A program made the translations under genes and the position numbers. From NCBI GenBank assembly GCA_964016885.1, contig OZ024763.1, positions 13,082,001 to 13,146,000 of the forward strand: a stretch of 64,000 nt of DNA, read 5' to 3'. Shown piece after piece: positions 42,806 to 56,291 of the stretch. This DNA comes from Eledone cirrhosa. Its lineage: Eukaryota. Under the pieces are notes generated by a model. That model did not search any database, was not told where the DNA came from, and saw nothing but the letters and a program-made list of their open reading frames with translations. The stretch's first letter is position 1. Every line of letters begins with the position of its first letter.

Positions 42806-43692
42806 GAAAGATAATCTTCCAAATAAATGTTTGGCTATTTTTTTACATAACTTCATTTGATTATCTTAACTATAATAAAGAAAGGACTGCGGGACTGCAT
42901 CCAGAATATATTTTTTTTATCCTGTTTGTAAAATAAGTTGGATTACTTTGAATAAATAATGAATGAATATTACATAATTTATCTGCTAAATTTCGTAGCT
43001 TTTGATTAAATATATTTCATTACTTATTTTAAGATTCACTTTTTTAAAATTTTCAAATGTCAACACTTCCGATTAGCGATCGCTTAAATAAAAATTCATA
43101 TATTTCCGTCACTAATTTTCTCCTAATGCAGTTTATATATAATATCATCTCTTTTAAATGTATCATGGATTACGTTACTGATTACATAAGACAGTGTAAC
43201 GCAGTCTTCGTTCAACTTCTGTTTATATTGTCAATTATGATTTTATTTGATGTATCATATCTACATGTATATATACTTGTGTATAATATCAATATACACA
43301 CTACACATGCTAGCAGAAAACCACCCTAAGGTGCAAGTTGTAAATAATCAAACAGTCTTATATGATTTTAAACAGATAATGTACATATGTTTAAAGTAAT
43401 TGGTATACTTGTAACTGTGTAAAGTGTGTGACGGCAACAATCTGGTGTGTTTATTTCTGTGGCTTATCAGTGTATACAAGTGAGTTTCTCTGCCATAGGT
43501 GTTGGGAAAACACTTGGCAAGAAATGGAAAGAAAACTGAAGGAAGAGGAAAACACAATAACACTAATAATAATAATAATAAGGAGGAGGAGGGCTTTTAT
43601 TTGCCACAAGGGCCTCAGATGAAAGAGACTTCATGCTGTGCAGCAGCTACAACATCAGTTTATACTTAATAGATAGGAAAATACATCTTACA

Positions 43693-43761
43693 TTATTTGA
43701 TGAAAACATGCCAGGGGGTTATTATATAACCACTATGACATCTTTGAAATACGCATAATAG
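43693..43761 (+). ncRNA. Degenerate hammerhead (C3 to U)
   Basis: ttat tTGATGA aaacatg..catcttt GAAA tacgca TA atag, AATAAA shortly after. Confidence 0.55.
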
Positions 43762-43920
43762 AATTATGTAATAAAATGAAGATGTACCATTAAAAGCTGT
43801 CGGCGTCCAGACTCTTTCATATAACCATACTCTACTACCCCAAGTATCGAGTACTCTGGTGAGTAATGGTTTAACCAGTTTCTTACTGTATCCATCTTGA
43901 TTTATATACATACATACATG

Positions 43921-44393
43921 CATCATCATCATCATTTTACGTCCGTTTTTCCCTGCTTGCAAGGGTCTTATTCAGCACAGCATCTCTCCACTTGTCACGG
44001 TCCTTCGACATCTCCACCGTGAGCTTCAGCGATCTGAGGTCTGTTCTCATCACCCCCGCACATGTTTTTCCTGGTCTACCTCTACCACGTCTTCCTTCAA
44101 CTGGCATTTCCTGGCACTTCTTCACCCATCGGTCATCCTCCATGCGCATCACATGTCCATACCACCTCAGTCTCCTCTCTCACACACTACATTCTATCCC
44201 TCTCAGACACAGTTTCTCTCTCAACACATCCATGCTTGGTCATTCATGCACATTGACATTGCACATCCAACGGAGCATGCTTGCCTCATTTCTCTCCAGC
44301 CGTCGCATATCCTCTGCAGTTGCTGCCCATGTCTCACTACCATGCAGCATTGCGCTCCTCACACAGGCATCATACAACTGGCCTTTCGTACGC
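43921..44393 (-). mobile_element. 5'-truncated copy of the RTE LINE at 1890-5181
   Basis: Highly similar to 4689-5170, with (GAT)n tail. Confidence 0.93.
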
Positions 44394-44771
44394 ATTATAT
44401 ATAATGTAAAATGGTAGTGCTGGTGTCAATAAACTGCACTCACTGCACCTTATGCCAGTAAGTCAACATAAAAATGATGATGGTGATACATCTATATGTA
44501 TGTATAAGTATGAGTGTTTACATGTGTGTGTATATATATATATATACACACATAAATATGTATATATATATATATATATGGCCCTTGAAATATGTATAAT
44601 AAAATAAATATGGTTTTATAAATATAATTTCCATTTGTTAATATATTGTATATTTACTCCACTTAACTGTTGAGTGCTTTACATCAGTTATAAACAAATT
44701 TTTAAGCTTGTTGAATCTCAACAAATTAAATATAACCTCTGCATATATATATATATTATATTATATTTCGA

Positions 44772-44829
44772 ATACCTGATGATATCACCGGATTCATACG
44801 GAACCCGGTCATTGAAATGATCATAGTAT
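44772..44829 (+). ncRNA. Type I minimal hammerhead (family B) within remnant at 44766-45023
   Basis: atac CTGATGA tatcaccgg..ccggtcatt GAAA tgatca TA gtat AATAAA. Confidence 0.8.
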
Positions 44830-45077
44830 AATAAACCTTTCAAGGATTTACACAAGTCCAGCTCCTGTCATTTTATTATAATATTTAACTCCGTACTTGC
44901 ACCACCAACTACACAAACGAAGACGGTTGAGCTGCACTACGTTGAGTACTCTCCAAATTATTACATCAAGATTGACCATACGGAATGACCAGCTCTATCT
45001 AGTAGTGAACCTTCAAACCTAAATATATATATATATACATAGATGTATACACACACACACACATATATATATATATA

Positions 45078-45420
45078 TGGAGGCATATGGCTTAGTGGTT
45101 AGAGCATTGGCCTTGCAATCAAAAGGTTGTGAGTTCAGTTCTCAGACCGGGTGATGTGTTGTTTCCTTGAGCAAGACACTTTATTTCACATTGCTCCAGT
45201 TTACTCAGCTGTAGAAATGAGATGATAGGGACTGGGGTCCCTATCATTCCACTGCAAAGTGGTCGTGGAGGTGCCACAGAAAAAAAGCACCCAGCACTCA
45301 CTGTAAATGAGGTTGGTGTTAGGAAGGGCATCCAGCTGTAGAAATCAAGCCAAAATCAGTTACCGTCCCACCCTTGCAAGCAGGGAAAAAGCGGACATAA
45401 AATGAAATGATGAAAAATGA
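45078..45420 (+). mobile_element. tRNA-CORE SINE (full length)
   Basis: Same family as 8709-9050. Confidence 0.9.
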
Positions 45421-45476
45421 TACATATACACATACATATATATACGTGTGTGTGTATATATACATATATATTTATA

Positions 45477-45518
<42 letters not shown>

Positions 45519-46942
45519 CATCAACCATTCATCTGAACCTTTTTTTTTCAGCCTCTCTTCTCAACATTCTCTTATCTCCAAGACTTCTTCTGTTAATTCC
45601 TTCATTTATATCTTATTTGCACCATTCCAACACACCGCCAACATCTCTCTTCCTTATTCCACTACCATTCCCCGGCCCCCCTCTCCTCCCCGCCACCCAG
45701 ATCTCCTCAGTTCTTCCTTCCTTCCTTCTTTCCACCCTTTCTTCATTACCAATTCCTCCATCCAACGCCACCCCTCCCGGACACCCCTGCCCGGAGTCTT
45801 TTAGATTCTTCCTTCTGTTCAGTTATCTCCCACTAAAATCTCATATCATTTCTCTCTCTCTCTCCACACATATTTATATATATGCATATACACTAACATG
45901 GGAAATGTACATAAGCCATACACACACACACACACATATATACATGTGTATGTGTGTATATATATCATCGTTATATGATAAACATATATATTTATATGTT
46001 TATATTTATCTATCTAACTATCTCCTAACACACACCTTTTACTTTTTCATTTTTTTCTCCGTCATTCACCCTCCACCTCCACCACACACACACACACACA
46101 CACTCACTCTCACACATACACACTCACACACACAATCACACTCACTCTCTCTCTCTCTCACACACACAGACACACACAGACATACACACACACACTCTCA
46201 CTCTCACACACTCACATTCTCTCTCTCTCTCTCACACACACACACAGACATCCACACAGACATACATACACACACACACACACTCACATACACAATCACA
46301 CACTCACTCTCTCTCACACACAGACGCACGCACACACACACTCCCTAAATCAAGATCCGGATTTCGAAAATACCACCAAATTTGTACCAGGTTGTTTTGA
46401 TTTAAAGGTTATTCCTCGTTAATTTGATAGATAACCAGGTGTTCAAATCTGCAAGGCATACACCTGTATATCTTCACACTCCCCCCACCATCCCTCCCTC
46501 CCTTCCCTCTCTATAAACACAGAAGATTCTGGAGCCAACATTAAGCTGGATTCTCCAAGCGTTTCTGAAAATACATTCATCTCATAAAGTATCGTGTACA
46601 CTCGAATATAAGCTGACCCCTATTTTATGCCTGAGAAATAGGCAAAAATCCAACCCCTGTGTATAAACTGAGGCGGCTAATCAAAATATATATATAAATA
46701 TATATATGTGTGTGTGTGTGTATGTTAAGTATTTCCATAGAAAAGGTAAAGGAAAAGAGAGTGCTCTATATATTGTACAGAGCTATTTAGTTACATAATA
46801 AACAACACAATATAATTATTTCACTGCTGAAGGTTTCAAGAAACTGGATTATTCTTGCAAGAAACACCCTGTTCGTTTGTCAGACAAAATAATGAGATAA
46901 CTATATTGTGTTGTTTACTATATAATTAAATATATATATATC

Positions 46943-47281
46943 CATTTCATCCATTTAATTTTACGTCCACTTTTCCCTGCTTGCAAGGGTGGGACGGGAA
47001 CTGATTCTGGCTTGATTTCTACAGCTGGATGCCCTTCCTAACACCAACCTCATTTACAGTGAGTGCTGGGTGCTTTTTTGCCGTGGCACCTACACAACCA
47101 CTTTACAGTGGAATGATATGGACCCCAGTCCCTATTATCTCATTTCTACAGCTGAGTAAACTGGAGCAATGTGAAATAAAGTGTCTTGCTCAAGGAAACA
47201 ACACATCACCCGGTCTGAGAATTGAACTCACAATCTTTTTGGATTGCAAGGCCAATGCTCTAACCACTAAGCCATGTGCCT

Positions 47282-47284
<3 letters not shown>
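46943..47284 (-). mobile_element. tRNA-CORE SINE (full length)
   Basis: Same family as 8709-9050. Confidence 0.9.
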
Positions 47285-47332
<48 letters not shown>

Positions 47333-47375
47333 ACAGAAAAAAGAGAATCAGTATTGCGACGAAAGGAATTTATTG

Positions 47376-47470
47376 GACATATTACAATTGTTTCTCGGGC
47401 GACCAGCTCGAGGCACGATCGATGTGGTGATCAAACCTGACTCTGAAATTGCTCAGTCCTCAGATACGTC
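47376..47470 (-). ncRNA. Hammerhead ribozyme with long, decayed stem II
   Basis: Minus strand: gacgtat CTGAGGA ctgagc..gcccga GAAA caattg TA atatgtc c AATAAA. Confidence 0.65.
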
Positions 47471-47528
47471 TCGATTCTACGAAGCAGATTTTCCTATTCC
47501 TATATATACATATATATATATATATATA

Positions 47529-47740
47529 TAGGAACGAGTAGGACCCCGACGGCTGAGCTCAAGCCGTTTCGACGGCTAATTCTGGACTAGTCCAGAAACT
47601 AGTCCAGAATTAGCCATCGAAACGGCTTGAGCTCAGCCGTCGAGGTCCTACTCGTTCCTATTACCCACTCTACTACCCTAAGTATTGAGTACTTTGGTGC
47701 GTTATGGTCCACCTGGTTCCTTACCACATTTCCTTCGTTA
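47529..47740 (+). mobile_element. Penelope-like remnant (family E): half hammerhead with 53-bp fold-back
   Basis: Arms 47529-47581/47608-47660; GAAA cggc-ttgagctca-gccg TC. Confidence 0.62.
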
Positions 47741-48104
47741 TATATATATATATATATATACATATATATAAAACCATGTAGAAATAACTGCCATATATTC
47801 TTGAATATAAGTCGACTCCGAATGTCTGAGGTATAGGCAAAAAACCAAATCCTGTTTATAAACTGAAGCAGCTAATGAATACATTATGTTTAGATGGTGC
47901 AGTTTTGAAAATTCTCATGAGTAGAGAATATATTTATGAAGCTTTAATATTTTGATAGTTTAAATGTTTTAAGTGTCGTTTAGAAAATAATTATTGTTTC
48001 ACAACTCCATTATGTAATGATTTTTTTTAACAATTTCCAATTGTTTTGAAGGCCATTTTCATTCAAAACATAAAACACAAGAGGAATTATGGCTTTCACA
48101 CTGA

Positions 48105-48352
48105 AAGAGAAACTAGTGTAATATTTCACTTCAAAAGTGAAACCGGTGTAATATTTACCTCCAAAAAGAAACTGGTGTAATATTCACCTCCAAAGAGAAA
48201 CTGGTGTAATATTCACCTCCAAAGAGAAACTGGTGTAATATTCACCTCCAAAGAGAAACTGGTGTAATGTTCACTTCAAAAGTGAAACTGGTGTAATGTT
48301 CACTTCAAAAGTGAAACCACTTAATATTCACCTCCAAATTGAAACTGGTGTA
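48105..48352. repeat. 29-bp minisatellite, about 8 copies
   Basis: Unit aaactggtgtaatattcacctccaaagag. Confidence 0.92.
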
Positions 48353-48364
48353 AGCTTGTCAAAC

Positions 48365-48865
48365 AATAAACACACCCAGTACACTCTGTAAAGTGGTTGG
48401 TGATAGGAATGGCATCCAGCCATAGACAGCTTGCCAAGCATTGATTTAGGAAGACCCTTCAGATGTGTCGCAGACATGACAACCTCCCTAGTGTTGGTGA
48501 TCTACAAGATAAATACACCCAGTACACACTGTAAAGTGGTTGGTGCCTGTTAAGGGTATCTAGCTGTAGAAACCTTGCCAAACAAAGAGTCAGGAGGACA
48601 GTTCAGTTGTGTCAAAGACATGGCAACCTCTCTAGTGCTGGTGCCATGATAAAATACACTTGGTAGAATGTGGGACCATATGTAAGCAAGATGCAGGCCC
48701 TTGGCCTTTTGGGGATGTCAGTAGCCCCTCTTCAGTACTGATTTGGTCTGTGAAAACCTGTCCAACCCTTGTTAGCATGGAAAACAGGTGTTAAATGATG
48801 AGGATGAGATGATGGTGATGGTGATGATGATGGTGATGAGATGATGATGAGGATGATGGTGATGA
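48365..48865 (+). mobile_element. Old non-autonomous RTE-derived element (duplicated UTR modules plus tail)
   Basis: cacccagtacactctgtaaagtggttgg modules and (GAT)n tail. Confidence 0.7.
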
Positions 48866-49414
48866 TAAAATTCAATATTATTTATCATGTCATAATTGTT
48901 TCTACTATAGGCACAAGGCCAGCATTTGATGGGGGGGGGGGTAAAGTCGATTAAATCAACCCCAGTGCATTACTGGTACTTTATTTTATTGATCCTGTAA
49001 GGATGAAAGACAAAGTTAACCTCGGCAGGATTACAACTCAGAATGGCAAGGGCCGTAACTCTGTGGCATGAAGCATGTTGTCTGATCCTCTACTAATACT
49101 GCCAATCCACTGCCCTTATCTATCATGTAATAATAGTTTATAATATAGGCACAAGGTCAGCAATATGGTGGGGAAAGTCGATTATATTGACCTCAGTATT
49201 TCACTGGTACTTTATTTTACCAACCCCACCTCCCTGAAAAATGAAAAGTAAAGTTGACTTAGAGAGGATTTGAACTCAGAATGGAGAATGCTAGAAAAAA
49301 TACTGTAAAATATTTTGTCCAATGCTCTACCGATTCCACCAATCTACCACCACAGTCTGTCAAATAACAAGGAGGTTTCAGTCCAACATTTGATTTTAAG
49401 TTTGAACACTTTAA

Positions 49415-49949
49415 CCCTTTAGCATTTAAACCGGCCATATCCGGCCAGAATTCTCTCACCTCTTTCTGTTCAAACCAGTTATAACTGGCTGCCCACACTG
49501 ATTTTAAGATATTGTTTTCAAAATAAATAATATCAAAATCTTGTAGCTTCGATATTTTAGTATTTCCGCTTTTTCCCTGCTTGCTAGGGTGGGACGGGAA
49601 CTGATTCTGGCTTAATTTCTACAGCTGGATGCCCTTCCTAACACTAACTTCATTTACAGTGAGTGTTGGGTGCTTTTTTGCCGTGGCACCTCCACGACCA
49701 CTTTGCAGTGGAATGATAGGGACCCCAGTCCCTATCATCTCATTTCTACAGCTGAGTAAACTGGAGCAATGTGAAATAAAGTGTCTTGCTCAAGGAAACA
49801 ACACATCACCCGGTCTGAGAATTGAACTCACAACCTTTCGATTGCAAGGCCAATGCTCTAACCACTAAGCCATTGAGATAATTATGTGAGGAAAAGCCTT
49901 TACCATGAAACTATAATAGTAAATATAGAGTAATGTAATTGTTAAAGGG
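49415..49949. mobile_element. piggyBac-like MITE containing a SINE
   Basis: TTAA-CCCTTTAGCA...TGTTAAAGGG-TTAA. Confidence 0.7.
49563..49873 (-). mobile_element. tRNA-CORE SINE
   Basis: Same family as 8709-9050. Confidence 0.9.
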
Positions 49950-51017
49950 TTAACCCTTTTAATACCAAACAACCTGAAACCACCCTTGGTTTAATGATAC
50001 AAAACTGTCTGTTTTAAAGTGTTTATATCTATTTAAAAACTTTTCATCGTAATTTTATGTAATAACCTTTCTTACAGAGAAAGTTATGTTACTAAATCTC
50101 AACCAAATTCTTATTTTCAAAATTATTTTGAAACCATAGACATTAGAAATATGGTAACACAAGAGTTAAAATGTTTATATTTATAAAAAAAAATCTTCCA
50201 TCATAATTCTATGTAAGAACCTGTGTTAAGTTATGCCCCAAACACCAGCTTAATACAGAGAAAGTTAGTTATATTATTAAATCTCTCCAAATTCTTGATC
50301 ATTTTCAAAATTATTTCACAATCATAGAGGACAGTGTCTTTCATTAGAAATATGGTAACAAAATGTTTAATAGGGCCAGTTTTGAGGGTTGATCAGTGTT
50401 TAAAGGGATAACTAACCTACCATTGCAAGTGAGAGGGGTCAACTCTCTAAGAATATTCTCAAGTTTCAACACAAAAGTTAGAATTCTTCCAAGGAGTAGC
50501 CCCCATATTTAGAGAAATGAGAAACACCACCCAAAATTCCTCAATTAATAGCAATAATCATTATATTTATGAAACAAAATTCTAAATGTATAAAAAATTA
50601 ATATATCTAAATTAAATCTTGTTATTTCTATATTTTATTTTCTCTGTAAAAAAAAAAAATTTAATATTGAATTCTTGAAATATCTTGACAAATCTTTAGG
50701 AAAGTCTGTGGGTTAGGTAGTGAATTGGAGGAGATGTTAAAGAAGTAAGACAAAGTACCTTCCAGAATTTGTTTCATTTTTCTGAGATCAGGGTTCAAAT
50801 CCTGGCGAGGTCAACTTATCCTTTTATTTTTTCAGTGGGGTTAAAGATGGATAAAATATAGTACCAATCCAATTCTTCATCCACTCTTTTAATATCCAGT
50901 GAGTCAGAGATGACTGCAATCAATTAAAGCGCTGAGCAGGTCATTTGTGAAACATGTGTTATGCGTGATTACAACTAAAAACTAAAGTATGCTAAACTAA
51001 AACTTTGATCCCTCATT

Positions 51018-51055
<38 letters not shown>

Positions 51056-51267
51056 CAGAATGGATGCAGTAAACACCTGTTTGACCATTACTTGCCAGAG
51101 TACTTGATACTTGTGGTAGTAGAGTGTGGTAATATGATGAATTCAGGACCATGATGGCTGAGCTCCTGCTATTTCAACAGCTAGTTCTGTATTAGTTCAG
51201 AACTATATGTTGTGGTCCTGAACTCTTCATATATAAAGATACATATATAGGGTGTCTTGGCATCACT

Positions 51268-51931
51268 CAGCAAGACCTCTGTTAGCCGCTCTCCAGCCAT
51301 CTATTTAAAGCTGTATACAGCTATGGTACGACCACACTTGGAATTCACATCACCAGTCTGGAACCCTATCTTGCTCAGAACATTGACCTCCTGGAAACTG
51401 TTCAGAGACGTGCAACTAAGCGAATAACCTCCATCAGGCATCTACCATACTCTGAACGCCTTGCTTCCTTGGGCATGGATACATTGAAGCTCCGACATCT
51501 GGCAATGGACTTGGTAAACACCCACAAAGTTATTAACCATCTCGCCAACAACAACCCTGAGCACCTTTTTGATCTCCATGTGTCTAACACACGTGGACAT
51601 GCCTACAAAGTCAGAAAACAGCACAGCTCCCATGACTTTCAGAAACATTTTTTCATGCTCAGAGTTGCTGAAGCGTGGAACAAACTGCCTGCATCAGTTG
51701 TTAGCTGCCAAGACACTGCATCCTTTAAGACACTCATGCTTCCCGAAATTCGCCAAAACTACACCTGATGTCCCTCTTCCATACACATGCACACGTGTAT
51801 ATCATGACTCATGCACTGTTCATTTTCCTGACGTTTGTACATTACCCTATGTACTATACATACACTTTTGATGAGTTGTAGTGCACCTGAGCACTGTACA
51901 CAATATTTTCATTATTATTAAAAAAAAAAAA
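51268..51931 (+). mobile_element. CR1-clade LINE 3' end
   Basis: VRPHLEF.SPVWNP..LETVQRRATK..YSERL..TRGH..FF..RV..WNKLP; 3' UTR with (ATT)n/A tail. Confidence 0.9.
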
Positions 51932-51932
51932 A

Positions 51933-52142
51933 TATCGACAGTTGATCGACTTTCATCAAATTGGACTGGGGAAACAATGTTTCCATTGGTCTTTTCAATT
52001 TCTAATACTATCTATTGGTTGCAAATCCAGGTAGAAGAATAAAGTTTCTTGCTCAAGGACATAACGCATCGCCTCGTCCAGGAATCGAACTCACAACCTC
52101 ACGATTATGAATCCAAATCTCTAACCACTCAGCCACGCGGTG
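51933..52142 (-). mobile_element. Second SINE family copy
   Basis: Homologous to 36227-36449. Confidence 0.85.
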
Positions 52143-52220
52143 TATATATATATACACAGATATATATGCGTACATAGATATATATATATACATGCATATA
52201 CATACACATACACATATATA

Positions 52221-52617
52221 CGAGGGTAATCCCAAAAGTAAGGTCTCCAAAGCGATGGGGACACAGAGAAACTGTTCGTACGGCTGTTGGCAACACTGTT
52301 GTGATTGGTGCTTCCTTCACTCCCAAACAAGCATGCGCCCGCTTTGCTGGGATGCTCAATCTTGGCTTGGCAGCCGTTGAGAATGGAGCTCCCGTTGAAC
52401 GCTACCGCAGCCAAGTGCGAATTTCGCGCAGTTATTATATACGAGGGCAATCCCAAAAGTAAGGTCTCCTTCCGAGGAAAACATGTGTAAAGATCGGCGG
52501 ATCACTCTGGATGCTCTCTGCATTTTGGTTCCTGAGGTTTCCCGAAGCACCATCCACAGGATTTTAACGGAAAAGTTGCAATATCAGAAGGAGACCTTAT
52601 TTTTGGGATTGCCCTCG
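52221..52617 (+). mobile_element. Mariner derivative with three TIRs
   Basis: TA-CGAGGG(T/C)AATCCCAAAAGTAAGGTCTCC at 52221 and 52442, inverted copy ending 52617-TA; transposase fragments KCEFRAVI and DRRITL..VSRSTIHRILTEKL. Confidence 0.88.
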
Positions 52618-53088
52618 TATATACATACATGCACATACACACATACATATATATATATATATATACATACATGCACATACACACATATATACACACAGAC
52701 ACACACACAGATATATATACATACATATATATACATGCAGAAACATACACATATACATGCACACATACACACATATATACATATATATACATACATGCAC
52801 ATGCACATATGCATATATATACATACACAGAGTAAGAAGCAGCACTGTAAATACACATACTACAATGGAATTCCCTTTACTTTATCACCATCTGATGATT
52901 GGTACATTTAAAATATTTACAACAGACAGGAAACTTCAAGTGTTGGTCCAATAAGTTCACTAGAATTCTACTATATTATAATAAATATTACATTACATGT
53001 AGTGAATACATCTTATTTGGTTTGTGATAACACTTGTAACTACACATGAGTGTGTGTATACATACATATATATATATATATATACACG

Positions 53089-53117
<29 letters not shown>

Positions 53118-53119
<2 letters not shown>

Positions 53120-53544
53120 GCGCATGGCTTGGTGGTTGGAGCATTGGCCTTGCAATCGAAAGGTTGTGAGTTCAATTCTCGGACCGGGTGATGTGTTGTT
53201 TCCTTGAGCAAGACACTTTATTTCACATTGCTCCAGTTTACTCAGCTGTAGAAATGAGATGATAGGGACTGGGGTCCCCATCATTCCACTGTAAAGTGGT
53301 CGTGGAGGTGCCACGGCATTAAAGCACCCAGCCCACACTGCAAAGTGGTCGTGTAGGCGCCACGGAAAAAAAGTACACCCAGCCCACACTGTAAATGAGG
53401 TTGGTGTTAGGAAGGGCATCCAGCTGTAGAAATCAAGCCAGAATCAGTTCCCGTATGAGCAAGGCAAGGTCAGCCGACCGGACACTGCCTACAACAGGAC
53501 AACCCGTCTAACCCATGCTAGCGTGGAAGAACGAATGTAAACAG

Positions 53545-53578
<34 letters not shown>
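53118..53578 (+). mobile_element. tRNA-CORE SINE, alternative tail type
   Basis: SINE head and body, duplicated module, ccatgctagcgtggaag tail. Confidence 0.9.
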
Positions 53579-54331
53579 CCACACATACACACACATATAT
53601 ATATACACATACACACATATATATACACACACACACATATATATACACACACACACATATATGCATGCATGCATGCTTGAACATATACATACATATATGT
53701 ATGTATACATGTGTGTGTGTGTGTGTGTATACATGTGTGTGTGTGTGTACTGTTGTGAAGTATAAATTACAACAACTGCAACAACATCAAGAATATAACC
53801 ATAACCAGGTAGACTGTAAATCAGAAATTGGCAGTGCACTGTGTGTGGTGGGGAGGGGCGAGGGAGGCTGTTGGAGAGGTGGAGGGGCAGAGAGGTGGTT
53901 TGGGGTGGGGGGGGGGGGGGTGGCCTGGATGAAAGAGAAACAAAAGGATAGAAGGAAAGGAAGGAAGGAAGGAAGGAAGGAAGAATATAAATGATACAGG
54001 TGAGAGAAAGATAATCAACTGGTCCAGCACAGGTGTGTGAAAGGTTCAAAGACATAGTACAGGTAGGAGAGATGGGAGAGAGAGGAGAGAGAGAAGATAG
54101 AGAGAAGTGAGAGAGGGGGAGGGAGAGAGGAGAAAGAGGGAGAGAGATGGGAGAGGGAGAGAGAGATGGGAGAGAGAGAGGAGAACTTTGACAATATATG
54201 AACAACCATCCAGTTGTGGAACCAACCACCCGGAAATTTATAAATTTTTTTCTTTTTAAATTTATAATTTAATTTATAATAAATTGGAGTGAAAGCAACT
54301 GGTGCGTGTGTTTCTTATTGGCAACATGTAT

Positions 54332-54372
<41 letters not shown>

Positions 54373-54376
<4 letters not shown>

Positions 54377-54765
54377 GGGGCTCCCAAAGGAGCACTGAGT
54401 GCAATGTCAACTCTGGATGTCGGTGAGCATGTCCAGCTAACCTCAGTCTCCTCTGTGTCACTTTTGAGCTGACGTTTGGGAGGCTCCCATACAGCTCTGA
54501 GGTTTTCACCCCCAGTGTATACTGATTAATGTTCAGAGCCATCCTCAGCATTCTCGTGTAGCACCCATCCACCATCTGAGTGAGTTTCTTGGTCAGTGTC
54601 CAAGTCTCATGGACACACTTGAAGAGGAAGACCAAGGTTAACGTATGTTGATGCCCTAAGGACAGACACTGGTCTGTTGGAGACGCAGGACATGGCAGCG
54701 ATAATGAGGGACAGAGACCGCTGGAGAGAACTCGTCCATGGCTCTCGGGAATTTTACCCGCCTTA
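54373..54765. mobile_element. RTE family 3 fragment with 5' inversion
   Basis: 54373-54609 minus and 54610-54765 plus; both homologous to 22850-23260. Confidence 0.85.
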
Positions 54766-54783
54766 GAAATATATATATATATA

Positions 54784-55020
54784 TATGGTAGTGAGACTAG
54801 GGCATTGTATGCTGAAGACCTGCGTAGATTAGAAAGAAATGAAGCTGGCATGTTCCGATGGATGTGTAATAGTAATGTGCGTGAAAGGCTAAGCATAAAC
54901 GAACTAAGAGAGAAACTAAGCATAAGAGGTATCAAATGTTGTGTTCTGGAGAGGAGATTGTGTTGGTATAGACATGTGATGCGTATGAAGGACGACAGCT
55001 GTATAAAAAAAGTACACTAG
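54784..55020 (+). mobile_element. RTE family 2 RT fragment
   Basis: YGSET..LERNEAGMFRWMC..ERRLCWYRHV. Confidence 0.88.
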
Positions 55021-55511
55021 AGAGGTTGTCTCGTCCTCTGAAGGCCTAAGGAAACCTTATCACTCTATGCAGTCCCTATTGTTTCAAGGCAAACATGACC
55101 AGGAGTGTGGTTAGAAGGGGAGGGAGTGGGTATTTATATGAGTGTGAAAGGACAAAGAGAGTGATAGGAGGGTAAGCAAGTGAAGAAGAGGCTGAGGGAT
55201 GAGTAGAAAACAGCATGAGCATTGTGATGGGATAGCAATAGGGATGTGACATGGTAGGAGAATATGAGTGAAAGGTGGAGAGAAAGTGAGAGATAGATAG
55301 AGAGGGAGAGAGAGGTAGAGGGAGAGAGGTAGAGGGAGAGAGATGGGAAGGGGTGAGAGAGAGGGGGGGAGAGGGAGAGATAGGGAGAGAGAGGGAGAGG
55401 GGGAGAGAGATAGAGAGGGAGGAAGAGGGAAAGAGAGATAGAGAGGAAGGGAAAGAGACATAGAGAAAGGAAAAGGGAGGGAGAGAAAAGTAGAGAGTTA
55501 TATATATATAT

Positions 55512-55552
<41 letters not shown>

Positions 55553-55917
55553 CCGAGAGACAGAAAGTGATAGATAGAGAGAGAGAGAGAGAGGGGGAGG
55601 GAGAGAATGATGGTAAATGGTAGAAGGTGTCAGTATAGAAAGGGGCGATGGTAGGAGAGAAGTAGAGTGGGATACTGATAATGGGTGATGGTGTGAGGGA
55701 CTAGACCACTGGTCTCCAGCCTGTTTTATAACCATGGACCGGCTTCATGCCGGACAATCTTTCCGCGGACCAGTAGTTGCACATATGTGTTATTTAAGTG
55801 CATTTCCATAAAGAGGGAAATTTATTAAAGGGAAGAAAAAGTGCATTGAGTATCATCATCATCATCATCGTTTAACGTCTATCTTCCACGCTAGTATGGG
55901 TTTAGACGGTATATAAA

Positions 55918-56260
55918 TGGCACATGGCTTAGTGGTTAGAGCATTGGCCTTGCAATCGAAAGGTTGTGAGTTCAATTCTCAGACCGGGTGATGTGTTGTT
56001 TCCTTGAGCAAGACACTTTATTTCACATTGCTCCAGTTTACTCAGCTGTAGAAATGAGATGATAGGGACTGGCGTCCCTATCATTCCACTGTAAAGTGGA
56101 CATGGAGGTGCCACGGCAAAAAAGCACTCAGCACTCACTGTAAATGAGGTTGGTGTTAGGAAGGGCATCCAGCTGTAGAAATCAAGCCAGAACCAGTTCC
56201 CGTCCCACCCTTGCAAGCAGGGAAAAAGCGGACGTAAAATGAAATGATGATGATGATGAT
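55918..56260 (+). mobile_element. tRNA-CORE SINE
   Basis: Same family as 8709-9050. Confidence 0.9.
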
Positions 56261-56291
56261 AAATATTGAATATTTAAACAAATCTTCTTAA

